Shown: positions 30,091-40,796, counted from the first letter of the stretch. The stretch is DNA of 64,000 nt from Halarcobacter sp. (GCA_963676565.1 OY781089.1:1440001-1504000), one strand, 5' to 3'. The notes: generated by a model not told the origin, from the sequence alone. Made by a program: numbers and translations.

Positions 30091-31046
30091 TTTTACTCTC
30101 TCCATATATTCAAAGTGTTTTGATTGTTGAATCTATAATTTTTCTTTTATGCTTAGTTGGACTCTTCTGGGCAGTTAAAATATCATTATATTTTAATCCA
30201 AAGTTAACAATTTCAAAGCAGTATAACCTTAATAAAAAGAGTTATTTAGTTGCTACAATTATAAAATTTGCTATAACTGTAAAGCTTCCACTTTTCTTGT
30301 TTTACATCTGGACTATGGATACCATTTCAGAAATAGTGCCAGGTGCAATGTGTGCAGCTGGAATTGTGAGTGCTACAAAGTTTGGACCAGAACTTTTAAT
30401 GATTAAAGTGTTGATTTTATTTGGTTTATTTGCTTGGTTATTACTTCACTCTCTTGATATTAATGAAGTAGATTATCCATATACGAAATTAAAGTTTATA
30501 ATATTTCAGCCTATTTGTATTCTAATAGGAATTGAGCTTTTTATGGAAGTTTATCATTTTATGCAAATAAGTACTGATGTTCCTGTTCACTGTTGTAGTG
30601 TTGTATTTGAACAAAGTTCTGCTGGAACTGCTTCTTTGATGCAAAATGAACCTTTACTATTAGTTCTATTTTACTCTATATTTATTGCAAGTTTAATATT
30701 TGGACTATTTAAAAAAGCGATATTATTTAGTATTTTTTCTCTTGCTTTTATGTTTGTAGGAATTCAAACTTTGATTAGGTTTTTTTCTTCTTATGTATAT
30801 GAACTACCTACGCATAAATGCCCTTTCTGTTTACTTCAAAGTGACTACTATTATGTGGGATATCTAATCTACATATTATTTTTTATAGGTGCTGCACTGG
30901 CCGTAAATGTATTTATTCTTTATTTATTAAAAAAAACACCAAAGAAAAGCTTTTACAAAATATCAATAATAGCAAATACTTTACTAGTAGTAATCTTGAG
31001 TCTCTATCCAATTATATACTATATAAAAAATGGTGTGTGGCTTTAA
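30087..31046 (+). CDS. Cys-rich polytopic membrane protein of unknown function
   Basis: About 8 TM; loop motifs PGAMCAAG, VHCCS, YELPTHKCPFC. Confidence 0.75.
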   Translation: MILLSPYIQSVLIVESIIFLLCLVGLFWAVKISLYFNPKLTISKQYNLNKKSYLVATIIKFAITVKLPLFLFYIWTMDTISEIVPGAMCAAGIVSATKFGPELLMIKVLILFGLFAWLLLHSLDINEVDYPYTKLKFIIFQPICILIGIELFMEVYHFMQISTDVPVHCCSVVFEQSSAGTASLMQNEPLLLVLFYSIFIASLIFGLFKKAILFSIFSLAFMFVGIQTLIRFFSSYVYELPTHKCPFCLLQSDYYYVGYLIYILFFIGAALAVNVFILYLLKKTPKKSFYKISIIANTLLVVILSLYPIIYYIKNGVWL

Positions 31047-31056
31047 AGGGGAGATG

Positions 31057-31605
31057 ATGAAAAAAAACTTTTTATTACTTATATCTTTTATTTGTTTTTT
31101 GCAAACAATAAGTTTTGCACAGAATTTTCAGAAATATACAAAAAACATTAAGCTTTTACAGAAAGGGAAACATTCTGACATTTGTCCAGAGTGTGGAATG
31201 AAGCTATCAGTGTTTGGAAAAACAAATCACGCAGTTAAGCTTAAAAATGGAAAATATATTCAGTTTTGCTCAATAAGAGATTTAATTAAAGCTGAGAGGG
31301 AAAAAGGTTTCCCTATTGAACAATACTTAGCAGTAGATGCAAAAAATGAAATTTTTAAAGATGCTACAAAAATGTGGTACGTTGTAGGAAGTAGTATAAA
31401 AGGAACAATGTCGACTGTAAGTAAAATATCTTTCAGTGAGAAAAAAGATGCTATAGAATTTAAAAAAGAGTTTGGAGGAGAAGTTATGTCATTTATAAAA
31501 GCAAAAGAAATTTCAGAAAAAATTCTTGATAAAGATATGAAAGAAATAAATAGAAAAAATGCACTTAGTTCTAAATTTCATGGAAATATACATTTAAATT
31601 ATTAG
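31057..31605 (+). CDS. NosL-fold periplasmic protein
   Basis: Start moved to ATG 31057 (AGGGGAG RBS); CPECGM..TNH, QFCSI, YVVGS..GTMS.VSK. Confidence 0.8.
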   Translation: MKKNFLLLISFICFLQTISFAQNFQKYTKNIKLLQKGKHSDICPECGMKLSVFGKTNHAVKLKNGKYIQFCSIRDLIKAEREKGFPIEQYLAVDAKNEIFKDATKMWYVVGSSIKGTMSTVSKISFSEKKDAIEFKKEFGGEVMSFIKAKEISEKILDKDMKEINRKNALSSKFHGNIHLNY

Positions 31606-31899
31606 TTAAAGAGATTTATATTGATTTCTATAATTTTTTCTAAGAATAAGTTTATTTTTATATCATTAAAAAAAGGGGCTAAAATGATGATTGGCACCAT
31701 AAATCTTTTAAATGGTATTATTACATATGAAAATATTTTATTAAAAAACTATGGTGAAAAAAATAAAACTCTATACATATAATTAAAATGAATTGAAAAT
31801 TTAAATATTTAACTACAATATTAATATTGCAATTTGTAATATTTTTAATATTTACTCTTCGAAAAGTATATAATAACTACATATAAGGAAAATTTTTTA

Positions 31900-31918
31900 A
31901 CGGTACTTTATACGGTAC
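31900..31918. repeat. 12-bp-period direct repeat upstream of dinB
   Basis: ACGGTAC-TTTAT-ACGGTAC in an otherwise extremely AT-rich spacer. Confidence 0.8.
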
Positions 31919-31967
31919 ATATTAAAAAATAACTTTTAAAATCCTCATAAAATAGGAGTTTTTTTAA

Positions 31968-33257
31968 ATGTTTATCCATATTGATATTGATTGTTTTTTT
32001 GTATCAGCCCATAGAATCAAAGATAAAAATCTAAAAGGTATTCCAGTTGCAGTTGGAGGAAGAAGCAACTTAAATATCTTTTCAGATAAAAAAGAGATTC
32101 GAAAAATAAGTGAAAATAGTGGTGCCTTTGTAAGTACCATCTTAACAAATGAGGGTGAAAAAACCTTTAATGACTATTTTGTAGATAAAGATGGAAGAAT
32201 TAGAGGCATTATAACAACTTGCTCATATGAAGCAAGGGGATATGGTATTAAAACTGCCATGAGTGTAAATGAAGCTTTAAGATTATGCCCACATCTAAAA
32301 ATGGTTCCTCCAAACTACCCTTTATATCACGAACTCTCCCATAAAATGCTACTTATCTTAAAAGAAGAAATACCTTTAGTTGAACAGTTTTCCATAGATG
32401 AATTTTTTGGCGATTTAAGGGGATATATAAGTAAAGATGAGATTGTAGATTTTGCTACAAAAATAAAAAAAAGAATAAAAAATGAATTAGATTTACCTGT
32501 ATCAATAGGAATAGCCCATTCTAAATATCTTTCAAAACTTATGACAGAATTTGCAAAACCTGATGGAGTGAAATATGTTTCTAAAGAGCATATGAAAAGT
32601 TTTATAAAAGATATTCCCATTGAAGAGTTTCCTGGAATAGGGAAGGGATATCAAAAAAGACTTAAAGGTTATGGGATAAAAACTTTAGGGGATATTGAAA
32701 GAAGAAAAGCATTGTTTTTTTCTTGGAAAAAACCTGGAATTGAACTTTACAATAGAATTGTTGGTGAAAACGATACTAATATTGTTGAACATAGGGATAA
32801 AAAATCTATTGGTATTGGAAGAACTTTTGATTGTATTTATGAAAGGGAAGAGTTAAAAAGAAGAGTTATGATTCTCAGTCGTTATCTTTGCTTTTTGGTT
32901 AAAAAAGCTGATGTAAATCCACAAACATATCATATAAAAATAAAATATGATTCAAATATAAAATCAAAAGATTATGTAAATGTTAATAGAATATTTAATG
33001 AAACTGATTTTAAAAAAGCTATGGTTGAACTTTTTAAAAAAAACGATATACATATGAGTCATGGGGTTGTACAATTAAACCTTACTGTTTCAAATTTTGC
33101 AGATAAAAATAGTTTTGTTTCCGATATTTTTGAATATGAATCAGATATTAAAAAAAGAAAGCTAACACAAAGTTTGCAAACCCTGAGGGAAAAGTATGGA
33201 GTTGATATTATAAAGAACTTTAGCGAGCTTCAAAGTAAAGATAAAAATAACCATTAA
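31968..33257 (+). CDS. dinB: Y-family DNA polymerase IV
   Basis: HIDIDCFFVS, CSYEAR, SIDE, KPDG, PGIG. Confidence 0.93.
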   Translation: MFIHIDIDCFFVSAHRIKDKNLKGIPVAVGGRSNLNIFSDKKEIRKISENSGAFVSTILTNEGEKTFNDYFVDKDGRIRGIITTCSYEARGYGIKTAMSVNEALRLCPHLKMVPPNYPLYHELSHKMLLILKEEIPLVEQFSIDEFFGDLRGYISKDEIVDFATKIKKRIKNELDLPVSIGIAHSKYLSKLMTEFAKPDGVKYVSKEHMKSFIKDIPIEEFPGIGKGYQKRLKGYGIKTLGDIERRKALFFSWKKPGIELYNRIVGENDTNIVEHRDKKSIGIGRTFDCIYEREELKRRVMILSRYLCFLVKKADVNPQTYHIKIKYDSNIKSKDYVNVNRIFNETDFKKAMVELFKKNDIHMSHGVVQLNLTVSNFADKNSFVSDIFEYESDIKKRKLTQSLQTLREKYGVDIIKNFSELQSKDKNNH

Positions 33258-33301
33258 TCTAAAGATGATATAATACTCCAAATTTTAATTTTGGAATAAA
33301 A

Positions 33302-33583
33302 ATGGGTTTAAAAAATAGAATTAAACAAAATACAACTAAGTTATTTGATTATCCTTCTTTAAAAGGGAAAGAATTAAAAGCAGCAGTTAAAAATAAGATA
33401 AGAGAAAAAGCTATATTAAGAACTAAAGCAAGACTTGCAGAACACCATAAAACTTTTGATGATTATACAGATGAAGAGCTTGAGATAATAATTGTTGATG
33501 AAGAGAATAAATTAAAAGATGATTTAAAAACAAAAAGTTTAATTGGTGCCTTGGCTATTTTAGGTTTAGATTTTTTTATATAA
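33302..33583 (+). CDS. Hypothetical protein with C-terminal hydrophobic tail
   Basis: 93-aa charged ORF, co-oriented with its neighbours. Confidence 0.65.
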   Translation: MGLKNRIKQNTTKLFDYPSLKGKELKAAVKNKIREKAILRTKARLAEHHKTFDDYTDEELEIIIVDEENKLKDDLKTKSLIGALAILGLDFFI

Positions 33584-33592
33584 GAATAGAAT

Positions 33593-33997
33593 ATGTTTAA
33601 ACAAATAAAATCAGCGCTATTTTGGTATTACTTATATAAGTTTAGAAGAAAAGTTATATTTATTGCATTTTTATGGATAATTGCAATTTCTGCAAATGCA
33701 ATATACTCTGATGTTGTAGAATACTTGACTTTAAAAGAAAAATTAGAGTTTTTAGAGATGGCATTAATCTCAAAATGGATAATAATAATTTTTAGTATTT
33801 TGGCTTCAATTTATTTAATTGTTTCGATTTTTAGTATCTTTAAACCTAAAGAAGAGAAGTTTAAAAAACAAGAGAATCAGAAAAATAATGATATACTTTC
33901 AGCCAAAGAAAGCAAAAATTCTAAATTTTCTAAAAGAGAAGAGGAGTTTTTAAAAAAAGATTTAAAAAGTAAAGCAGATTTACTTGTTGAAAGATAG
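33593..33997 (+). CDS. Hypothetical 2-TM membrane protein
   Basis: Two hydrophobic segments and a charged tail. Confidence 0.65.
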   Translation: MFKQIKSALFWYYLYKFRRKVIFIAFLWIIAISANAIYSDVVEYLTLKEKLEFLEMALISKWIIIIFSILASIYLIVSIFSIFKPKEEKFKKQENQKNNDILSAKESKNSKFSKREEEFLKKDLKSKADLLVER

Positions 33998-34000
33998 TTA

Positions 34001-35557
34001 ATGTCAAACGATTTTGAAAATTTAAATACGATTATAAAAGAACAAAAAAGTGTAATAGATAATCTAGGTAGACACTATAATAATTTATTTGAAGGTTCAA
34101 AATTAGGTATTGCTTATCTTAACAAAAAAGGTGGCTTTATAGATGTAAATGAAAGATTTTGCAAAATTTTTAAGTATGAAAAAAACGAACTATTAAATTT
34201 AAGTTTTCAAGAAGTAACCCACAAAGATGATAGGTTTTATGATATTGAAACAATTAATTCCTTATCAATTACAAACTTTGAAAAAAAATGTGTAAGAAAA
34301 GATTCTAAACTCATATGGATAGAGATTTTTATAAACCACATAAGTGATAAAAATGGAGAGTATTTATACTCCCTTGTCTTTATAAATGACATATCTAAAA
34401 GAAAAAAAATACAAGATACAATTTTAGAACAAACAAAAACAATGCAATTATATTTAGATATTGTTGATGTTATTATAGTAGCCCTTGATATAAATGGTCA
34501 TGTAACTTTAGTAAATAGAAAAGCTTGTGAGATATTAGGCTTTGAAGAGTATGAAATTATTGGTAGGAACTGGTTTAAAAACTTTTTATTTGAAGAGGAT
34601 AGTCTAGGTGTTCTTGGACATTTTAAAAATCTTTGTAGTAAATCAAGAGAATTTGAAGATAAGTATACTAATAGAATTAAATGTAAAACAGAAGAAAGAA
34701 CAATATCTTGGCGAAATAAAATATTATTAGATAGTGATAAAAAAGTTATAGGGATGCTTTCTTCAGGAGAAGATATTACGGATATCTTAAGATTAGAACA
34801 AGAGAATAAAAGAACAGAAGAAGCTTTATATAATCAATCAAAACTAGCTTCAATGGGTGAAATGATAAGAAATATTGCCCATCAATGGAGACAACCACTA
34901 AGCACAATCTCAACAGCAGCCTCAGGCCTAAAAATTCAAAAAGAATTAAGTGTTTTAAAGGATGAGGATTTAACAAACTCATTGGGCGTGATTATTGATA
35001 CAACAAAATACCTTTCACAAACAATTGATGATTTTCAAAACTTTTTTAAAATAGATAAAAATAGTTCTATTTTTGATTTATATGAGTTTACTAGTAGAAT
35101 TAACAATCTAATCACAAGTAGTTATAAATCAAATAATATAGAACTAAAAATTGGAATTAAAAGTAAAAGAAATTTTACAGGCCCTTATAATGAAATCTTG
35201 CAGACAACTCTAAATATTTTGAACAATGCAAAGGACGCTTTTAATGATAAGCCTTTTGATGAAAAAATTGTTGAATTAATAGTGGATATAACAAAAGAAA
35301 ATAATTTAGAAATTCAGATAAGAGACAATGCAGGGGGAGTCCCTGATGATATTATAAATAGAATATTTGAACCGTATTTTACAACAAAACATGAATCATT
35401 GGGAACAGGAATAGGGCTTTATATGGTAAAAGATATTGTAGAAAATAGGTTAAATGGAAAAGTAGAGTTTAAAAATGACCTTTTAGAGTTTAATAATATA
35501 ACAAGAAAAGGAGCTTTTTTTAAGCTCACTATCCCAAGTACTTTATTTGGTGATTAA
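34001..35557 (+). CDS. Cytoplasmic PAS-PAS histidine kinase
   Basis: Two PAS/PAC domains, IAHQWRQPL, DNAGG, GTGIGL; no TM. Confidence 0.93.
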   Translation: MSNDFENLNTIIKEQKSVIDNLGRHYNNLFEGSKLGIAYLNKKGGFIDVNERFCKIFKYEKNELLNLSFQEVTHKDDRFYDIETINSLSITNFEKKCVRKDSKLIWIEIFINHISDKNGEYLYSLVFINDISKRKKIQDTILEQTKTMQLYLDIVDVIIVALDINGHVTLVNRKACEILGFEEYEIIGRNWFKNFLFEEDSLGVLGHFKNLCSKSREFEDKYTNRIKCKTEERTISWRNKILLDSDKKVIGMLSSGEDITDILRLEQENKRTEEALYNQSKLASMGEMIRNIAHQWRQPLSTISTAASGLKIQKELSVLKDEDLTNSLGVIIDTTKYLSQTIDDFQNFFKIDKNSSIFDLYEFTSRINNLITSSYKSNNIELKIGIKSKRNFTGPYNEILQTTLNILNNAKDAFNDKPFDEKIVELIVDITKENNLEIQIRDNAGGVPDDIINRIFEPYFTTKHESLGTGIGLYMVKDIVENRLNGKVEFKNDLLEFNNITRKGAFFKLTIPSTLFGD

Positions 35558-35565
35558 AGTACTTT

Positions 35566-38115
35566 TTAGTTTCCTTTTCTTTTTTTAAATTCTAAATCAC
35601 AGTTAAACTCTTTTATATCATCTAATAAAGTAAATACTTTTTGTACATGTTTTTCAAGATTTTCTGTTACAGAAATAATTTCATCATTTTCGCTCTCATC
35701 TGCATATAAATCAACTACATCTTTTATCTTTTGATGAACTAAGACATGTTCCTCTTTCATTTTTTTCCATGCTTCACATTGAGCGAATTCTGAATTTTCA
35801 TTCTCAATTATCCATTTACCCATATCACATTCTGTATGTGATTTAACAGCAAACTTATCTCCTGCTTTACAACATGAGAAGTTATGAGCTTTGAAGTTAA
35901 TATGGTCAGTTTTTAATTTATTTAAATCAAAAATCATATTTGCATTACAAACTCTTCTTTTTGCTTCAGGGCTAAAAGTTGTTCTATCAACTGCACTTTG
36001 AAGTTGAAGAGCAAGATCTTTTGTGTGTTTTGCAATATCACTTAAATTTGTAGCTTCAAGGGCATTTTTTTGTGTCTCTCTATCTAGTGAGTTAATAGTA
36101 TCATTAATTTGAATCATTGCATGTTGTTGCTCTTTTGAAGCATTTGTAACATCTTCAATAATCTCCATTGTCATAGCAATATCATCATCAAGACCTTTAA
36201 ACCCTTCAATCATTTGATCCGCAACTTCTTTACCAGCTTTTGCTTTAACTGTTGCACTTTCAACTAATTCTTTAATCTCTTTTGCTGCATCAGCACTTCT
36301 TGCTGCTAGATTTCTAACTTCTTGAGCAACTACTGCAAAACCTTTACCCGCTTCTCCCGCAGTTGCAGCTTCAACTGCAGCGTTAAGTGAAAGAATATTT
36401 GTTTGGAAAGCGATTTGGTCAATTATTGTAATTGCTTCATTAATAGTATTAACCTCTGTACTTAATTCATCCATTGATTTTGTTGTTTGGTTTGCAAGGG
36501 CAACACCTGTTTTAGATGAATCAGAAACACTTTTTGCAAATTTAGCCATTTTTACTGCATTTTCATTGTTTGATTCAATAGTTGAAGTAACCTCTTGTAC
36601 TGCTGCAGCTGTTTGCTCTAATGCTGCTGCTTGTTCATTTGCAGAGATACTTAAACCATTTGCAGATTCTGCCATATCTTGTGCTTGGAAAGTAAGTCTT
36701 TTATTGGCATTATCAATTAAAGCTAAAACTTCATTTGATGTTGATTGAACAACCCTTGTCCCATCAAGTAATACTGCAACTAAACCTGTAACTCCTTCTA
36801 GTCTTGGAATTTCAGTGTCATATTTTGCATTTGAAAGTTCATTTAATACTTTTGAGATTGATTGCATGTTTTTTTGTGATACTTCAATCATACTATTAAT
36901 TGAACTAATTAGTGTATTAACTGCTTCTGAACTTCCTTTAATGTTAATTCTGTCATTAAATAAACCAACACTAACTTTACCCATAACTTTTCTTGCTTGA
37001 ATAATCGCTTTTTCATCAAGGATTTTTCCTTCTTGAATTTTGTCAATGTAGGTATTAAAGTTTGTAGAGATTCTACCAATCTCATCATTTGTATTGATAT
37101 TAACTTTTGTTTCAGAGTTTGAATCTAATAATCCAGCAACACCAATATCAAGTTTTTGGATATTAGACAATATCCCTTTAATAATAAATGCTAAGAACAC
37201 AACTGCTATAAAGAAAACAACTCCAAGGATAAATAAAATATTTCCAGCCATATCAATTGTTTTAATATCTTCTTTGATACTAATGTTCATTAATTTTTCG
37301 ATATTATTTACCGCTTTAATGGTATGTTCTTCTATAATTTCATTCTTTTTATCTACAATTTCCATATTTTTTCTAGTAAGTTCAATTTGAGAATGGAATA
37401 TTTCACCTTTAGAAGCCATTTGTTTACCAGTACTAATCATATTAGTAATATTGTTTGAAAGCTTATCAATTTTAGATTTTAGTTGTGGAAAAGCATTTGA
37501 AATTTCAGCAAAGATTGTAGATGTTTTCTTTTGTAGTTCATCAACTTCACTAAATCCACTTGTATCTCCAACAGCTAAAGCATCAGTTAAAATCTCTTGA
37601 ATAGATACAATATAATATTTTAGTTCAAAAATATTAGCTAAATTAAGTTCTTCCAATGAATTTTCAATATCCTGCACAGATTTATCGAAACTTGTCATTT
37701 GTGTTTCAGAATCTTCTCTAGATTTTACTCTAGTTATACCTGCTTTTGCCATGTTTAAAAGTGCATTTGAGTATTCTTCAAAATTTACATCTATTGTTTG
37801 AAGATGTTTTTTATTCTCTTCACTAATTTTAAATTTAGAAATTTCAATACGTTGTTTTTTATAATCCTCAACTATATTGTTTATCTCTTTAATTCCTTCT
37901 TCATCACCCATTAATGCAATATCAGTTGAAATTTCTTGTAACTGTTTAATCTTATATTGTAAGTGTAGAAAAGATTTTGTTAGATTAGCTTCTTCAATTA
38001 GATGTTCATTTGCTTTTTTAATTTTATTTAGTGAAATAAAAATTCCCGCACCATTTAAAATCAATAGTCCAACAAATGAAATTACTAAGAAAAGGGACTT
38101 GTTTTTTATGCTCAT
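35566..38115 (-). CDS. Methyl-accepting chemotaxis protein with C-terminal CZB domain
   Basis: [17 protein letters not shown]...[16 protein letters not shown] ligands [14 protein letters not shown]. Confidence 0.95.
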   Translation of the reverse strand: MSIKNKSLFLVISFVGLLILNGAGIFISLNKIKKANEHLIEEANLTKSFLHLQYKIKQLQEISTDIALMGDEEGIKEINNIVEDYKKQRIEISKFKISEENKKHLQTIDVNFEEYSNALLNMAKAGITRVKSREDSETQMTSFDKSVQDIENSLEELNLANIFELKYYIVSIQEILTDALAVGDTSGFSEVDELQKKTSTIFAEISNAFPQLKSKIDKLSNNITNMISTGKQMASKGEIFHSQIELTRKNMEIVDKKNEIIEEHTIKAVNNIEKLMNISIKEDIKTIDMAGNILFILGVVFFIAVVFLAFIIKGILSNIQKLDIGVAGLLDSNSETKVNINTNDEIGRISTNFNTYIDKIQEGKILDEKAIIQARKVMGKVSVGLFNDRINIKGSSEAVNTLISSINSMIEVSQKNMQSISKVLNELSNAKYDTEIPRLEGVTGLVAVLLDGTRVVQSTSNEVLALIDNANKRLTFQAQDMAESANGLSISANEQAAALEQTAAAVQEVTSTIESNNENAVKMAKFAKSVSDSSKTGVALANQTTKSMDELSTEVNTINEAITIIDQIAFQTNILSLNAAVEAATAGEAGKGFAVVAQEVRNLAARSADAAKEIKELVESATVKAKAGKEVADQMIEGFKGLDDDIAMTMEIIEDVTNASKEQQHAMIQINDTINSLDRETQKNALEATNLSDIAKHTKDLALQLQSAVDRTTFSPEAKRRVCNANMIFDLNKLKTDHINFKAHNFSCCKAGDKFAVKSHTECDMGKWIIENENSEFAQCEAWKKMKEEHVLVHQKIKDVVDLYADESENDEIISVTENLEKHVQKVFTLLDDIKEFNCDLEFKKRKGN

Positions 38116-38261
38116 GCACCGCCTTTGATTAATTTTTTTTATAAGAAAAAAATATTATAACCAAAAAAATAAAATAATTTTTTTAAAATCTCATTATTTT
38201 GAAAAAATTATTAATTAAGTTTCAAATTATATTAAAAAAAGTAACAAAGGCTATATTCATG

Positions 38262-40139
38262 CTATTTTCTAAGGTGTAATGTTTGTGTTGGATATGCAAA
38301 GTCACAATTATTTTTTTCAAATAATTGATGAATTTTTACAATCACATCCTCTTTTACAGCTAACCAATCTTCCCAGTCTGGACTTCTGGTAAAACAATAA
38401 ACCATAATATTTATAGAACTAGCTCCATATTCATCAACATATACCATAAGGTTTCTTTTTACACCATTTAAATCATCCCTAGATATACCTTCAAATCTTT
38501 TACTTTTTCTTACAATATGTTCTTTTTCTGTTGCAATACCTGGGTGGTTTGTAAGCATTTCATAAATATCATGTTTTAAATTTACTATATCTTCAATTTT
38601 ATTTTCATAGGTAGCCCCCAAAGTCATTTTTATTCTTCTACCAATTTTTCTTTTAGTATAGTTTTTAATATGGGCATTTGCTATTTCTGAATTTGGAACT
38701 GTAATCATTGCATTATCAAAGGTTCTTATTCTTGTAGTTCTCATTCTTATATCAACAACTGTCCCTTCAATATCATTTACAACTATCCAATCTCCTTGAG
38801 AAAAAGAGTTATCAATCATAATACTAAGGGAACCAAAGAAATTAGCTAAGGTATCTTTAGATGCTAAAGCAATAGCAATACCCCCAACTCCAAGTGAGGC
38901 TGCAATAGCTTTTATATCAATTCCCAACTGAGTAAATAAAAATAAAATCACAAGTAAAATCAAGATGATTTTTATAATTCTCATTATAAAAACAATCATT
39001 TCACGTCTTACATTTGGGTGGGTTTCAACTAAATGTTGAGCATAGTTACTAATACTATTTGTAAGAAGTGAATAAACTGCCCAAGTTGCAATACCTAAAT
39101 AAAAAGTGTTTAACCATGGGATTATTTTGTTTAAAACTTCAGGATCTTTTATAAGAATATATATTGAAATATGAATTGATAAAGTATATAAAGCTATAAG
39201 TAAAGGTTTTTCAATAGATTCTTCTAAGTATGTTTCTAATCCAAGACTCTCATCATCATCTGCATCTTCATCATCCTCATTATCATCTTTTTTATTTTTT
39301 CTACTTTTGACAATTATATAATTTATAATAGTAATTAATATATGAATAATTTTTGCAATAAATAATTTAAATATTAGTAATATTGCTAACACAATAACAA
39401 TATCACCAATAGAAACTTTAAAATAATAAGAACTAAAATCTGTAATTGTAGATATTACAGGGTATGAGTCTATTATTGAACTTAAATATTGAAGGTTGAA
39501 TTTATCAACAAAAAAGTTTGAAACTCTAATTGACGATAGGTTTTCTTTTAGAAAATTTAGTGTAAAAAGTTGCTGTGCACTTTGTTCTTGTAGTTTAAAA
39601 TAGTTTTTAATTAGTTCATTTGAGATATAGTTATTACTATCTTTTTCACTCTCATAATATGTTTTAAATTTATCAGCTGAATTTTGTTTTAGAAGGTCAA
39701 TATTGTTGTTTAAAACGTTAATAAAATATTCTCTTTCCTTAAAAAGTTTTTTTGCATTTGTTAATTCTTTTAAAGTGTTGTAAAAAAATCGTTCCTCTTT
39801 TATTTTTAAAACAGCAATCATATCTCTTATCATGGCAAGTTCATTATTTGCACTTTGGTTTGCATTGATTTTTGTTTCAAGGTAGTTTATTTGTGATGAA
39901 TAATTTATTTCATTAAAATTTGAACTTAAATAAAACTCATCATTTATATTTTTTAAAACATTTTTAGCAAATTCAATTTGCTCATTGAGTTTTTCTTCTC
40001 CACTATCTAATGGCTCTGAAATATTTTTAGTATTTTCAATATTACTATTTTCAGGTGCTTGTGCAGTATTTGTATTTTCTTGAGAAAACATAAATAAAGG
40101 TAATAAAAGAAGTAAAAATAGTATTTGTCTAGTTTTCAT
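38262..40139 (-). CDS. Mechanosensitive channel, MscS family, with large periplasmic N-terminal domain
   Basis: ASLGVGGIAIALA, GDWI, GTVVDIRMRTTRIRTFD, VPNS, FAYPT. Confidence 0.93.
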   Translation of the reverse strand: MKTRQILFLLLLLPLFMFSQENTNTAQAPENSNIENTKNISEPLDSGEEKLNEQIEFAKNVLKNINDEFYLSSNFNEINYSSQINYLETKINANQSANNELAMIRDMIAVLKIKEERFFYNTLKELTNAKKLFKEREYFINVLNNNIDLLKQNSADKFKTYYESEKDSNNYISNELIKNYFKLQEQSAQQLFTLNFLKENLSSIRVSNFFVDKFNLQYLSSIIDSYPVISTITDFSSYYFKVSIGDIVIVLAILLIFKLFIAKIIHILITIINYIIVKSRKNKKDDNEDDEDADDDESLGLETYLEESIEKPLLIALYTLSIHISIYILIKDPEVLNKIIPWLNTFYLGIATWAVYSLLTNSISNYAQHLVETHPNVRREMIVFIMRIIKIILILLVILFLFTQLGIDIKAIAASLGVGGIAIALASKDTLANFFGSLSIMIDNSFSQGDWIVVNDIEGTVVDIRMRTTRIRTFDNAMITVPNSEIANAHIKNYTKRKIGRRIKMTLGATYENKIEDIVNLKHDIYEMLTNHPGIATEKEHIVRKSKRFEGISRDDLNGVKRNLMVYVDEYGASSINIMVYCFTRSPDWEDWLAVKEDVIVKIHQLFEKNNCDFAYPTQTLHLRK

Positions 40140-40195
40140 AATCTCTCCAATTTAAAAACGACATTATATAAAAAATGAACTTATTTGTAGTTTTA

Positions 40196-40262
40196 TGATA
40201 ATAGTTATCAAAATTAGCAAACTTTAAGTTAATTTACTTTAATATACTGATATTCATTATCA
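40196..40262 (+). promoter_or_regulatory. Promoter with two Fur boxes
   Basis: TGATAATAGTTATCA (40196-40210), TTAAG-N11-TAATAT, TGATATTCATTATCA (40248-40262). Confidence 0.8.
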
Positions 40263-40275
40263 TTAAGGAGCATTT

Positions 40276-40578
40276 ATGTCAGTTTTAATAATTGGTGGGG
40301 ATAAGATTAATACGATTAAAAATATATTAGATAGTTTAGGAAATTTTTCTGTTACTCATTGGGATACAAGAAAAAAATCAAGCGCGTGTAAAAAAGAGAT
40401 TCCACATGATTCTGATTTTGTATTGATGATTACAGATTTTATTAATCACAATGCTATGTATAAATACAAAAATGAAGCAAAAAAGAAAAACATCCCTTTA
40501 ATTTGTACTAAAAGAAGTGCAAGTTCAGTTCACTGTGAAGTTTGCAAATTTTTAAAAATGAATAAATGTGAAGGATAA
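40276..40578 (+). CDS. DUF2325 family protein
   Basis: MSVLIIGGD, HWDTR, TDFINHNAM..KNEAKK.NIPLI. Confidence 0.88.
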   Translation: MSVLIIGGDKINTIKNILDSLGNFSVTHWDTRKKSSACKKEIPHDSDFVLMITDFINHNAMYKYKNEAKKKNIPLICTKRSASSVHCEVCKFLKMNKCEG

Positions 40579-40785
40579 GTGATGAGTGAAATAATAATTA
40601 ATGAAATTAATAGATTTAAAAGCTATAGATATGAACCAAGTACAAAAAGGGTTGTTAATCTAAAAGGGTGTGAAAATGCTGATTTAGAAGAGTTTCTAGC
40701 GATAGCACATATTTTAGATAGTAACTATATCAAATACAAATTTACAACAAATATAGATATTAGAATTCTAGATAGAAGAATATAA
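40579..40785 (+). CDS. Small hypothetical protein
   Basis: Abuts the DUF2325 stop codon; AAGGA RBS. Confidence 0.6.
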   Translation: MMSEIIINEINRFKSYRYEPSTKRVVNLKGCENADLEEFLAIAHILDSNYIKYKFTTNIDIRILDRRI

Positions 40786-40796
40786 AAGGAAATAAA

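Noticed and set aside
39250..39300. Acidic DDNEDDEDADDDES stretch in MscS
   Set aside because: Ordinary low-complexity loop, not a DNA tandem repeat.
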